A stretch of 64,000 nt of DNA from positions 256,001 through 320,000 of the forward strand of contig JBITAJ010000022.1 of NCBI GenBank assembly GCA_044440125.1, given 5' to 3'. Each line of letters opens with the position of its first letter. Within the stretch, counting starts at the first letter, position 1. Origin of the DNA: Sedimentisphaeraceae bacterium JB056. GTDB taxonomy: Bacteria > Planctomycetota > Phycisphaerae > Sedimentisphaerales > Sedimentisphaeraceae. Of this stretch, positions 31,901 to 39,232 are shown one piece after another. The notes beneath the pieces were generated by a model. That model made no database searches. It saw nothing but the letters and a program-made list of their open reading frames with translations, and had not been told where the DNA came from. The position numbers and the translations under genes are program-made.

Positions 31901-32626
31901 ACAAAGCATCTCTTTGAAATCGCGAGCGTTCTGAGTACTGTCAGTGGCAAAACTTATAAGACTCGAATCATCAGTAGCATAACCAACGGCAAGCATACCC
32001 AGATTATGACATGAAAGATGATTGTTGTAATCCTGACCCCAATAACAATTATTAGCGATCCAGTGCAGATGATTTGTTTTTATGTCAGCTCCAAGATAAG
32101 AGAACCAAGTTTCAATAACAGTTCTCTCAGAAGATGAAAGATAATCATACATAAGACTGTATACATTGCCAAAAGCAGTTGCAACCAAAGCAAGATTTAG
32201 CCCCGGATCAGGGTCTGAAGCAGGATCTTCTGCCATATTACTTGAATCACCACATCTGGGACTATTATTAGCCCAACTGTACAGTATGTTTTTAGCCTTC
32301 TCGGCATAATCTTTTTGACCTGTTGCATGCCACAAAACAGCACAGCTTCTTGCGTATGCAGCTTCATCTAACGCCGCATACCTGAAATCAACATAATCAC
32401 CATTTGTCTGATCATACGGATCTGGAGTTATAAGTAAGCCGGCATCTGCCTGAGCCTTTATATCATCCCAGCATTCATCCCATGGAGCGAGATGTTTGCT
32501 GCTGCAATCTTTCATTTGATCAATCATCTTATCGGTAACAAATAGAACAGGTCTTGCGATGGATTTCACACCCAACAAACACAAAATCGAAACGAATACA
32601 ACCAATCTTACTCTTGCAAATTTCAT
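28943..32626 (-). CDS. Alginate-lyase-like domain followed by four tandem LamG-like domains
   Basis: Start ATG 32626 with AGGAG RBS; signal peptide; YNNHLSCH, GEIYDRYR; four ~205-aa repeats, each with LGQRSSS...FDGxDxAY. Confidence 0.75.
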   Translation of the reverse strand: MKFARVRLVVFVSILCLLGVKSIARPVLFVTDKMIDQMKDCSSKHLAPWDECWDDIKAQADAGLLITPDPYDQTNGDYVDFRYAALDEAAYARSCAVLWHATGQKDYAEKAKNILYSWANNSPRCGDSSNMAEDPASDPDPGLNLALVATAFGNVYSLMYDYLSSSERTVIETWFSYLGADIKTNHLHWIANNCYWGQDYNNHLSCHNLGMLAVGYATDDSSLISFATDSTQNARDFKEMLCGTILMSAKGTSQCYTADPDPDNVSNGEIYDRYRVVSPYSSDPNLNMGLNYCYFHTKLLTYICEMAYNNGLDLYSYTGPYNENLKLAFQYYSDFLIENDTTIKGGYYTDGILHLSSVSLYEYANLRYPNTPEIEKVLKECNRNVAEGEINGYNGVLTHSRPARPLIADWSSTTITTGMDNYNNTRNIIADSDNIVINRDNDLVLGQRSSSADSSWEPSISTLGGVGALDFDGSDTAYSNTAWENQDQVEIDLDCYIRDTTSDQTLIAVTSSWEIRFRTSDQKLYFYVYDINGTVSAKTRAITSGQWIHVSANASSGNVKITADDEFDTTVTYSGQINECHHAAIYVGSAYLGVRPLDGGLANIFVQNIDEPLVLAYNLEATVTVTDIYSNSRTAIEDQDGLVGDRGSDLILGQRSSSPDSGKSPSFVQGSPDYISFDGNDIAYAESGWPELNNFRVEFDFYPRSSSDQTLVFVTEAFEIRHRSDNKLYAYIYDGSGTVSTSSPSYSLNQWHNAVITVSDGVFDVAVDGSLGTAATYSGYVKQSHHRVVYMGNCYGETRPFYGYLSDIKIKDLEYHTTMMYWTMQTSEQRIDIYGNQRNSMRGSDKYLQYPNHDLILGQRSSSPNSTKEPGIATVDSVVSLVFDGGDTAYSECMWPESDEFRVEFDFYPEISGDQTIAYVNSSFELRHRGGGVMYMYLYTPEGVKTAVSPSYTLLDWHHCIATVEDGMITVNIDGTDGTSVSYGGYVSQSYNRLFYLGSSSSETRMFTGAVDKFEIIDLTDNRAALWNMTSYDDTVDHYGSSRYAVFGERMFAPVIDQVLVLGQRSSSPSSSWVPTVGVVDSVQALSFDGGDMAYCEDFWNDYDEFIIEFDLYPSSNSAEQTIAAVTTSWEIRLKTDSKLYFYVYQADGTVKNVSSVQCTLNDWQHIKVAAVDGDISISVDGTSGTTNTYSGDINESNHDTLYLGVAYYQSRAFTGAIDCFDFKCFE

Positions 32627-32673
32627 ACAAAATCTCCTTAAAAAATCATTTTTCTGTAAAAATATGCATAAAA

Positions 32674-32708
32674 AATGAGCGGCAGACACAAAAATTCCAC
32701 CGCTCATT
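32674..32708 (-). terminator. Intra-operon stem-loop/terminator after the CBM9-like gene
   Basis: AATGAGCGG...CCGCTCATT stem followed by a T-run on the minus strand. Confidence 0.6.
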
Positions 32709-32720
32709 AAGTTACAAAAA

Positions 32721-33593
32721 TTAATTGCTTGTTACACATCCGGTCCCTGTAGGATCGGTGCATTTCAGCCATTCAGAAGCTACAACTGTAAAATCATCAA
32801 GTCCAACAATGCAGTCTTTATTCAGATCTGAAGCGGCAAAGCCATACAGTCCGCAACCATCTGCACCAACAAACACAAAATCATTCCAGCTTGTTGTCTG
32901 GTTGACATCCCATGTTCCATCAGTACTGGTGTCGGTTATGAGTGTTTCATGTGCACCGCTGTCAGCATCACTGAAGATAAATCCTATGCCTATTGACTCA
33001 CCTAAAGCAGGAGTAACACCAAAAGCAGAATTGACGAGCTTAACCTCTATCACATATCCATCAGAGAGAACTGAACCGTCCATTATAATATTCTGATCAT
33101 CTGAAAATACAGCATCATTTCTTCCATAAAAGCCTGCTCCGGCAGAATCTGCTGTTTGAGCAACTAAATCAATAATAGAAGCCGCTGCCCCGGCTGAAGA
33201 ATAATGTCCTGAATATCCACCCGGGTTAAATAAAAGCTGCACAGCATCCTGACTGTTATAAGGCCCGGGAGAATAGTTCAACCATCCATGATCATTATCA
33301 TAGACACGGAATGCCAGATAAATATTATCATCATCCCATGCTGTATAAATATCCACGCTGAGATCAGCAGTACTTGCCGGTGTCGCCCAACCATCAGGAG
33401 AAGATCCGTTGTAAGGATCGCTAAGAATCGCCGGATAAGTCATTGTTGAATCAAAAACGCCATCCCATTCTCCAGATGATAATGTACCATCAATAACTGG
33501 GGCTGTTTCAATATATTTAGCATTGTAGTTGTACGCCATAGCAGATGCGCACAGTATCATTATAACAGATAAACTGGTAAATGTAGTCTTCAT
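32721..33593 (-). CDS. Secreted CBM9/DOMON-like sugar-binding protein with a C-terminal dockerin-like tag
   Basis: Start ATG 33593 with GGAG; APVIDGTLSSGEW, AWDDDNIYLAFRVYD, DAVQLLF, GYVIEVKL; tag DLNKDCIVGLDD...WLKCTDP...C. Confidence 0.75.
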   Translation of the reverse strand: MKTTFTSLSVIMILCASAMAYNYNAKYIETAPVIDGTLSSGEWDGVFDSTMTYPAILSDPYNGSSPDGWATPASTADLSVDIYTAWDDDNIYLAFRVYDNDHGWLNYSPGPYNSQDAVQLLFNPGGYSGHYSSAGAAASIIDLVAQTADSAGAGFYGRNDAVFSDDQNIIMDGSVLSDGYVIEVKLVNSAFGVTPALGESIGIGFIFSDADSGAHETLITDTSTDGTWDVNQTTSWNDFVFVGADGCGLYGFAASDLNKDCIVGLDDFTVVASEWLKCTDPTGTGCVTSN

Positions 33594-33637
33594 AATAAAC
33601 TCCATATTTATGATTAATAATCTGATACAGGAAACAA

Positions 33638-35260
33638 TCATTCACATCCGATGACACCAGGCTCACTACAGTCAATAAGCCACTGTTGTGCCATCTCAGC
33701 AATGTCAAGATCATCTACATAGCAGTCCTGATTTATATCTGCAGGGCTGTATCCCCATGCACCACATTCAGGATCCTCCGGTACTGCTCTTGATATCTTG
33801 AACTCATCAACACGCCCGATTATCTTATGGGCCAGCGAACTGTCGCTTCCTATATAGAGAGCTCTTATCGCAGAAGCTACACTTGTATCTGCCGCAGTTA
33901 CCTGACCGGCTAATACACCGTCAATATATGTACTCATCACACCCTGATAAAATTCAAACGCATAATGATGCCACACAGTTGCATCAGCTACAGCCACATC
34001 AAGAACAGTAGCTGCACCAGTTGAAGCGGTCCATGTAACAAATCTTATACCCCAACTACCATCACCAAGGTCACGTAAACTGAAACGTAATCTTGAAGGC
34101 TGATGGAAGAAGTAATACTCATAGCCGTCATTAAGCTTTTCTGCATCGTGAACAGCCCAAAGTTCTACGCGGAAGTTATCATTAGGTATGCCGAATTCAT
34201 CATTAGCATCAATACCCTGAACCTTTATACTCTTATAGCCATTAAACTCAAAACATTTAGCAAATCCCTCATTAGGATCAGGACCAAAGCTGTCAACAAG
34301 TGCCGGACCGGTATAATCATCACCTGCAACACTATCTGGCTGCAGAATACCATCAAGATTTCTCTCAGGATCAAGACCTCTGCCCGGATTGAAGCTATCA
34401 TCATCAGGAGTCCTTCTTGGCGACTGTTCCAAAACTTCATCACAATGTAAAAGCAGGAAAGTATTGTAATCATCAACATACGGCGAAGTAAACTCAGGAA
34501 TCTCCATAGTAGGTATGCTTATTTTGAGTTCATCAATTATACCGGTAAAAGATGTATTATTGGAATACCTGCCGCCAACATATATTGTTGGGTGGTGACA
34601 ATCTTTTATCACTGTGTTAATAGCACCGCTTACTGCACCACCGGGTGAAGCTGGAGCTCCCTCAATAGACACTGAAACATTACCTTCAGCATCACACAAA
34701 GCAACAGCATGATTCCACTGATTTTGCAACGTTGAGGCAGGAACCCAGTTAGAATTTGCACTGAAGTAAGTACCATCAGCATCGTAAACAGTAAATATCA
34801 TCTTTCCATAACCGGCTGAACTGTTCCAGGCAAGTTGCAAAATCCACGAATTGGTTACATCACACACATACTCAACACCATTTGCAACAGGTGTACCTGG
34901 TTTGAAATCAACCTCGACCTTTACACTGTCATAATTAGCCCAACCGCTGTAATTATAGGCCATATCGCCGCCATCAAAGCTCAAAGCATTACCATACGAA
35001 CCAGTTACTAAAGTCGGAAGATACTCAGCGGCACTTCCTCCGGCACTCCTGAGTCCCAAAGTCAACACATTACCAGCCCTGGAGCTGACACTTGTATCAT
35101 CTTCCACTATTGGTCCGTTATCATACTGACCACCGGTAGAAACGACACTATCCATATGCCACAATCCAATTGTCTGATAATCATCAACAGGCGCAGCAGC
35201 TTTGATAAGCGTTGATGTAACAGCCAAAATCAAAATACAGGTTAAGAATCTCTTACACAT
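33638..35260 (-). CDS. Secreted protein with two LamG/concanavalin-like domains and a C-terminal dockerin-like tag
   Basis: Signal peptide; TIGLWHMD...FTGIIDELKIS and TFLLLHCD...WHHYAF...GRVDEFKIS; tag CGAWGYSPADINQDCYVDDLD. Confidence 0.75.
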   Translation of the reverse strand: MCKRFLTCILILAVTSTLIKAAAPVDDYQTIGLWHMDSVVSTGGQYDNGPIVEDDTSVSSRAGNVLTLGLRSAGGSAAEYLPTLVTGSYGNALSFDGGDMAYNYSGWANYDSVKVEVDFKPGTPVANGVEYVCDVTNSWILQLAWNSSAGYGKMIFTVYDADGTYFSANSNWVPASTLQNQWNHAVALCDAEGNVSVSIEGAPASPGGAVSGAINTVIKDCHHPTIYVGGRYSNNTSFTGIIDELKISIPTMEIPEFTSPYVDDYNTFLLLHCDEVLEQSPRRTPDDDSFNPGRGLDPERNLDGILQPDSVAGDDYTGPALVDSFGPDPNEGFAKCFEFNGYKSIKVQGIDANDEFGIPNDNFRVELWAVHDAEKLNDGYEYYFFHQPSRLRFSLRDLGDGSWGIRFVTWTASTGAATVLDVAVADATVWHHYAFEFYQGVMSTYIDGVLAGQVTAADTSVASAIRALYIGSDSSLAHKIIGRVDEFKISRAVPEDPECGAWGYSPADINQDCYVDDLDIAEMAQQWLIDCSEPGVIGCE

Positions 35261-35306
35261 AATTACTCCTTAGAAAAATTATTAATTAAACATAATATTC
35301 TTTTGG

Positions 35307-35337
35307 ATATTCAGTTCGTACCCACCGAACTGAATAT
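35307..35337. terminator. Intergenic 12-bp stem-loop after the pseudopilin-like gene
   Basis: ATATTCAGTTCG, 7-nt loop, CGAACTGAATAT. No U-tract on the coding (minus) strand, so it may be a stabilising hairpin rather than a terminator. Confidence 0.5.
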
Positions 35338-35363
35338 TTTATGACGTGAACAGTAATCCAATT

Positions 35364-36206
35364 TTACGGATTTACTCTAACATTTCTTACTGGATGGAAA
35401 TCTGTTCCAAGATGATCACTCCAGGGCCAAAGACCAAGACTTTCGCAATGACCATCTGCAAAAAGATAATTAGTCTTTCCATCATGATTTGGTGCAGGAC
35501 CAAAGTAATCATATTCCTGCCTTTGGAGATTACCGTCCCATCCATACTTCACTATAGCATTAGGGTGTGGATAATAAGGATTCATTCTCCAACCGGCAAC
35601 CCCTAAATACCCTTTACCATCATCGACAGGCGCCTCCATGCTCAGATCAGCAAGCAATGGCAGCTGAGCTGGCATCTTTATTGAAGAAATCTTTCTCCAA
35701 TTAAATTTATAATTAGTATCATTTTTATCTGGGTTATTTATGTTTGTAAAATATATATTAAATCCATAAACACCTGATGCACCTGCACTGACATTATCGC
35801 TTAGAAGCTGTTTAACAAACTTCTTTTGAGTAGGACATCTAAAAAAATCAAAATTGTAGATATTATCACCTGTATTATTTGCCACACTATTGTAATCAGA
35901 TGAACGATCGTAATAAGAAGCTATCTTTTCGAACCATCTTCCACCAGCAGCAAGAGCACCTGCCGAAGTATAAGCCTGCGAATCAGGTAATCTTCCATCA
36001 TTTTCTGTCACATACAGATTGATTGCAGTGCCGAGATCTTTCAACTGAGATTTACAGACTATCATAGCCGCCTGAGCTTTGACTTTAGCTAAAGCCGGCA
36101 TCATGATTGCCATAAGCACGGCTATTATGGAAATTACAACAAGAAGTTCAATTAAAGTAAAAGCCCTCTTACTTCGGTATGATTGATCAAAAAGACAATA
36201 TTCCAT
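35364..36206 (-). CDS. Prepilin-type N-terminal cleavage/methylation protein with a C-terminal H-X9-DG motif (DUF1559-like pseudopilin)
   Basis: KRAFTLIELLVVISIIAVLMAIMMPALAKVK, CKSQLKDLG, FRCP and NHDGKTNYLFADGH motifs. Confidence 0.9.
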   Translation of the reverse strand: MEYCLFDQSYRSKRAFTLIELLVVISIIAVLMAIMMPALAKVKAQAAMIVCKSQLKDLGTAINLYVTENDGRLPDSQAYTSAGALAAGGRWFEKIASYYDRSSDYNSVANNTGDNIYNFDFFRCPTQKKFVKQLLSDNVSAGASGVYGFNIYFTNINNPDKNDTNYKFNWRKISSIKMPAQLPLLADLSMEAPVDDGKGYLGVAGWRMNPYYPHPNAIVKYGWDGNLQRQEYDYFGPAPNHDGKTNYLFADGHCESLGLWPWSDHLGTDFHPVRNVRVNP

Positions 36207-36259
36207 CGGTCAAAACCCCTGTATTAAAATATAATAGTAAAATACAACTGTTAATTTCA

Positions 36260-36363
36260 TGCAAACGTTCCCATTTAGAATTATTAAGTTTTCTACATGG
36301 TATATTAACGAAGTATATTAAATCCCAAACAATAAGTCAAGCCTTTTTTTGCAATCGTTCACA
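36260..36363 (-). promoter_or_regulatory. Promoter of the pseudopilin/lyase operon flanked by two LacI-type operators
   Basis: Minus strand TTGACT (36340-36335), 17 bp, TATACT (36317-36312). Operators TGCAAACGTTCCCA (36260-36273) and TGCAATCGTTCACA (36350-36363). Confidence 0.65.
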
Positions 36364-36477
36364 TTTAAAACAAACACAAACCACTTTAAAGCCATAAAAT
36401 AAACATCTTTACAAATTACATGTGCCTGACATTTTACTCTTGTAATACAATATTATTAATAAACTTACAAAAAATAC

Positions 36478-36522
36478 TTGATAAAAAAACAACAAACCAC
36501 TATAATAATGAGAACGTTATTA
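36478..36522 (+). promoter_or_regulatory. Promoter of the LacI-family gene with an autoregulatory operator
   Basis: TTGATA (36478), 17 bp, TATAAT (36501), then TGAGAACGTTATTA (36509-36522). Confidence 0.6.
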
Positions 36523-36539
36523 TTTTTAGGACAAAAAAA

Positions 36540-37547
36540 ATGGACATAACGAAGAATAAAGCAACATTAAAAACCGTAGCCAAAGAGCTTAAAATCTCAG
36601 TGTCGACTGTAAGCAGAGCTTTCACACAACCAGACTCTGTAAAGCCAGCCACCCTTGCCATGATAAGAGAAACGTCACGCAAACTCAACTACAAACCTAA
36701 CTTAAATGCACGAGCTCTTGTTCAGCAAAAGACCCATGTAATAGCTGTAATACTACAATCATTAAAAAATCAGACTACGGAAACTTTAATAAACAAGCTT
36801 ACTAAACTGCTCTCATTAAGAGGATATGACATACACTTATTTGTCACTTACAGCGACAATCAGCTTAATAATGATGCAATTAACTCAGTCTTATGCAGAG
36901 GCTATGACGGCGTAATAATTAATCATGGCGCTTTTGAAGGCAAAATGGAGGCCATTGAGACGCTCATAAAAGAACAAATACCATTTGTTGTGCTCGGTCA
37001 ATACGATTATTCAACAGTAAGCCAGGTTATAGGTGATTTCAAACTCGCAGGTCGAGTGATAACAAAATACCTTATTGAGCTTGGACACAAAAACATAGCT
37101 TTTGCAACAACATGTAATGGCGATCCAAGATACGAAGGATACGTAAACATGCTGAATCAGCACGGCCTGCCAGTAAGAGAAGATATGGTATTTACATGCC
37201 AATGCACACAGGATGACATATATGAAGTTGCAAAAAAAATAAGTAAGACCAATACTACTGCCTTGTTCGCAAATTTCGATGAACTGGCTACAAGATTCAT
37301 AAGAGCTTTCAAAGAAATCGGCATGTCAATACCACAGCAAATATCTGTTGTAGGAGTCGGCAATGAAATGTATTCTGACCTTATAAGCCCGCCACTAACC
37401 ACTTTTGAGATAGACACTGCGCACTTGGCAGAAAACCTTGTAGAATGCCTTTTTGAAAGAATCGAGAAACCTAATTCACCCACACGAACCATACTTCTCA
37501 ACGGCAGCCTTATAGCCAGAGAATCCACAATAGAACTAAAAGACTAA
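36540..37547 (+). CDS. LacI-family transcriptional regulator
   Basis: ATLKTVAKELKISVSTVSRA HTH; LNYKPNLNARAL, LIELGHKNIA, ISVVG, PPLTT, LIAREST. ATG 36540 preferred over 36420. Confidence 0.92.
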   Translation: MDITKNKATLKTVAKELKISVSTVSRAFTQPDSVKPATLAMIRETSRKLNYKPNLNARALVQQKTHVIAVILQSLKNQTTETLINKLTKLLSLRGYDIHLFVTYSDNQLNNDAINSVLCRGYDGVIINHGAFEGKMEAIETLIKEQIPFVVLGQYDYSTVSQVIGDFKLAGRVITKYLIELGHKNIAFATTCNGDPRYEGYVNMLNQHGLPVREDMVFTCQCTQDDIYEVAKKISKTNTTALFANFDELATRFIRAFKEIGMSIPQQISVVGVGNEMYSDLISPPLTTFEIDTAHLAENLVECLFERIEKPNSPTRTILLNGSLIARESTIELKD

Positions 37548-37569
37548 TACACGAAAGATAGAATAAGAG

Positions 37570-38577
37570 ATGAATCATAAAAAGATAAAAGGCCTGTTCA
37601 TTCTTCATAAAGAAGCCTATGAGAAAATTTACAGTGAAAAAGAGCTTTTTGAGATAAGCAGGTATGTTGAGATCTACGCTCCTGTGCAGACACCGGAGTC
37701 AGTACTGGCAAACCCTTATATTCTGCAGGAAGCGGAAGTTATATTTTCCGGCTGGGGAATGCCGGTAATGGACTCTCGCTTCTTTGAATACGCCCGGAAG
37801 CTTAAAGCTGTTTTTTATGGCTCTGGAACAGTCAAATATTTCCTTACCGATTTGGTATGGGAAAAAGGAGTCAAAATCACAAGTGCCTTTGCCGCAAACG
37901 CCATACCTGTCGCCGAATTCACACTCGGGCAGATTATCTTGAGCCTTAAATCAAGCTGGTATCACTCCCGTAATATCCGAAAACTAAGAACGTTCAAACC
38001 ATCCGAATGCTATGGACCTGGCATGTATGGCGCCAAAGTAGGCTTGATATCACTTGGCATGATCTCAAGGCACTTGTGCAGTCTGCTGCTGCCATTTAAT
38101 ATCAAACTACTCGCTTACGACCCATACATTGATGAAGAGACGGCACGTATGCTCAACGTAGAATTGTGTTCTCTCGAAGAAGTATTCAAATGCAGCGATG
38201 TAGTAAGCTTGCATACTCCGCTCAACGAAGAAACAGAAGGTATGATTCATGCCGAACACTTTGAAATGATGAAGCCTTACTCAACATTTATCAACACAGC
38301 GCGTGGAGCTATAGTAAGAGAAGAAGATATGATAGATGTTCTCCAAAAACGCCCTGACATAACTGCTCTTCTTGATGTCACTACTCCAGAACCTCCATCA
38401 CATGATTCTTCCCTCTACGATCTTGAAAACGTGATACTTACGCCGCATATCGCAGGCTCAATGGGTGAAGAATGCAAACGAATGGGCAAATATATGCTGC
38501 AGGAACTGATGAACTACGTAAACGGCAAAGAACTCCGATGGCAGATAACAAAAGAAAATATAAACATCCTCGCCTAA
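37570..38577 (+). CDS. D-isomer-specific 2-hydroxyacid dehydrogenase
   Basis: SGWG, NAIPVAEF, YDPY, SLHTPL, INTARG, LDVTTPEP and TPHIAGS motifs. Confidence 0.9.
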   Translation: MNHKKIKGLFILHKEAYEKIYSEKELFEISRYVEIYAPVQTPESVLANPYILQEAEVIFSGWGMPVMDSRFFEYARKLKAVFYGSGTVKYFLTDLVWEKGVKITSAFAANAIPVAEFTLGQIILSLKSSWYHSRNIRKLRTFKPSECYGPGMYGAKVGLISLGMISRHLCSLLLPFNIKLLAYDPYIDEETARMLNVELCSLEEVFKCSDVVSLHTPLNEETEGMIHAEHFEMMKPYSTFINTARGAIVREEDMIDVLQKRPDITALLDVTTPEPPSHDSSLYDLENVILTPHIAGSMGEECKRMGKYMLQELMNYVNGKELRWQITKENINILA

Positions 38578-38620
38578 CAATTTACCTAAATCAAGCCACT
38601 CTACTAAAAAATATATATCC

Positions 38621-39106
38621 CGTAGGGTGCAAAAACACTATAGTCATAAATATTTACAGAGATATCATTTACAATACTTGCGACTGAAACGCCTTGCAAT
38701 AAGCACCGGCTTCTGTATTATTTACTGGCTATGAAACAGAAATTTCTAATCGCAATGGTAGCCTGTATTGACTATTGTATCAACAAGGAACTCTACAGGA
38801 CAATTGGCTATCTCAGAACTCAAGTAGAAGTACTCCTTCAAGAACAACAAAAACAGAACAAGCGAATCTGTTTGAGTGACAAACAAAAGGTACGTATTGC
38901 CGCCAAAGCCAAGCTTCTGTGCTTCTATTAAGCTCCAACCTGCGCCAAGACTTATATGTTTGATGTTAAATCAAGTCAAAGATAACTGTTTTCTGCAATA
39001 CACAATGTAATTACTATACATTGAGTACAAAAAAATAGCTCAAATTTAAGCAATTAACCCATCAAAAAGCAAAGCCATGGTAACGGATGAGTTTTTGCAC
39101 CCCCAC
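38621..39106 (+). mobile_element. Internally deleted IS remnant (integrase-core/IS481-like type) bounded by inverted repeats
   Basis: GGGTGCAAAAAC (38625-38636) and GTTTTTGCACCC (39091-39102) form a perfect 12-bp inverted repeat around a truncated transposase ORF. Confidence 0.65.
38731..38931 (+). pseudogene. Truncated transposase N-terminus
   Basis: IGYLRTQVEVLLQEQQKQNKRICLSDKQKVRIAAKAKLL resembles the N-terminus (YLRxENxVL...KRIxLxDxQRxRLAxK) of planctomycete integrase-core transposases; no catalytic domain is present. Confidence 0.65.
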
Positions 39107-39161
39107 TGTGGCGGAGTCTGACACAAAAACTAATTTGGCTGATAAACAACTATTTTTGGCG

Positions 39162-39190
39162 TTTACATTAAACATATCTACAGGTATTAT
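39162..39190 (+). promoter_or_regulatory. Candidate sigma70 promoter for the FG-GAP/SGNH pair
   Basis: TTTACA, 17 bp, TATTAT, ending about 40 bp upstream of ATG 39233. Confidence 0.4.
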
Positions 39191-39232
39191 TACAATATTA
39201 AGTCAGGTATCTTAAATTGAAAGGGACTAAAA

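Noticed and set aside
36420..36539. N-terminal extensions in the ORF track (also 32707, 54835, 61002, 62444, 50696)
   Set aside because: They run through promoters, hairpins or upstream genes; downstream starts give better RBSs, signal peptides or domain boundaries.
39107..39125. TGTGGCGGAGTCTGACAC directly after the IS right end, as a possible second IS terminus
   Set aside because: I found no matching partner end or transposase in the window.
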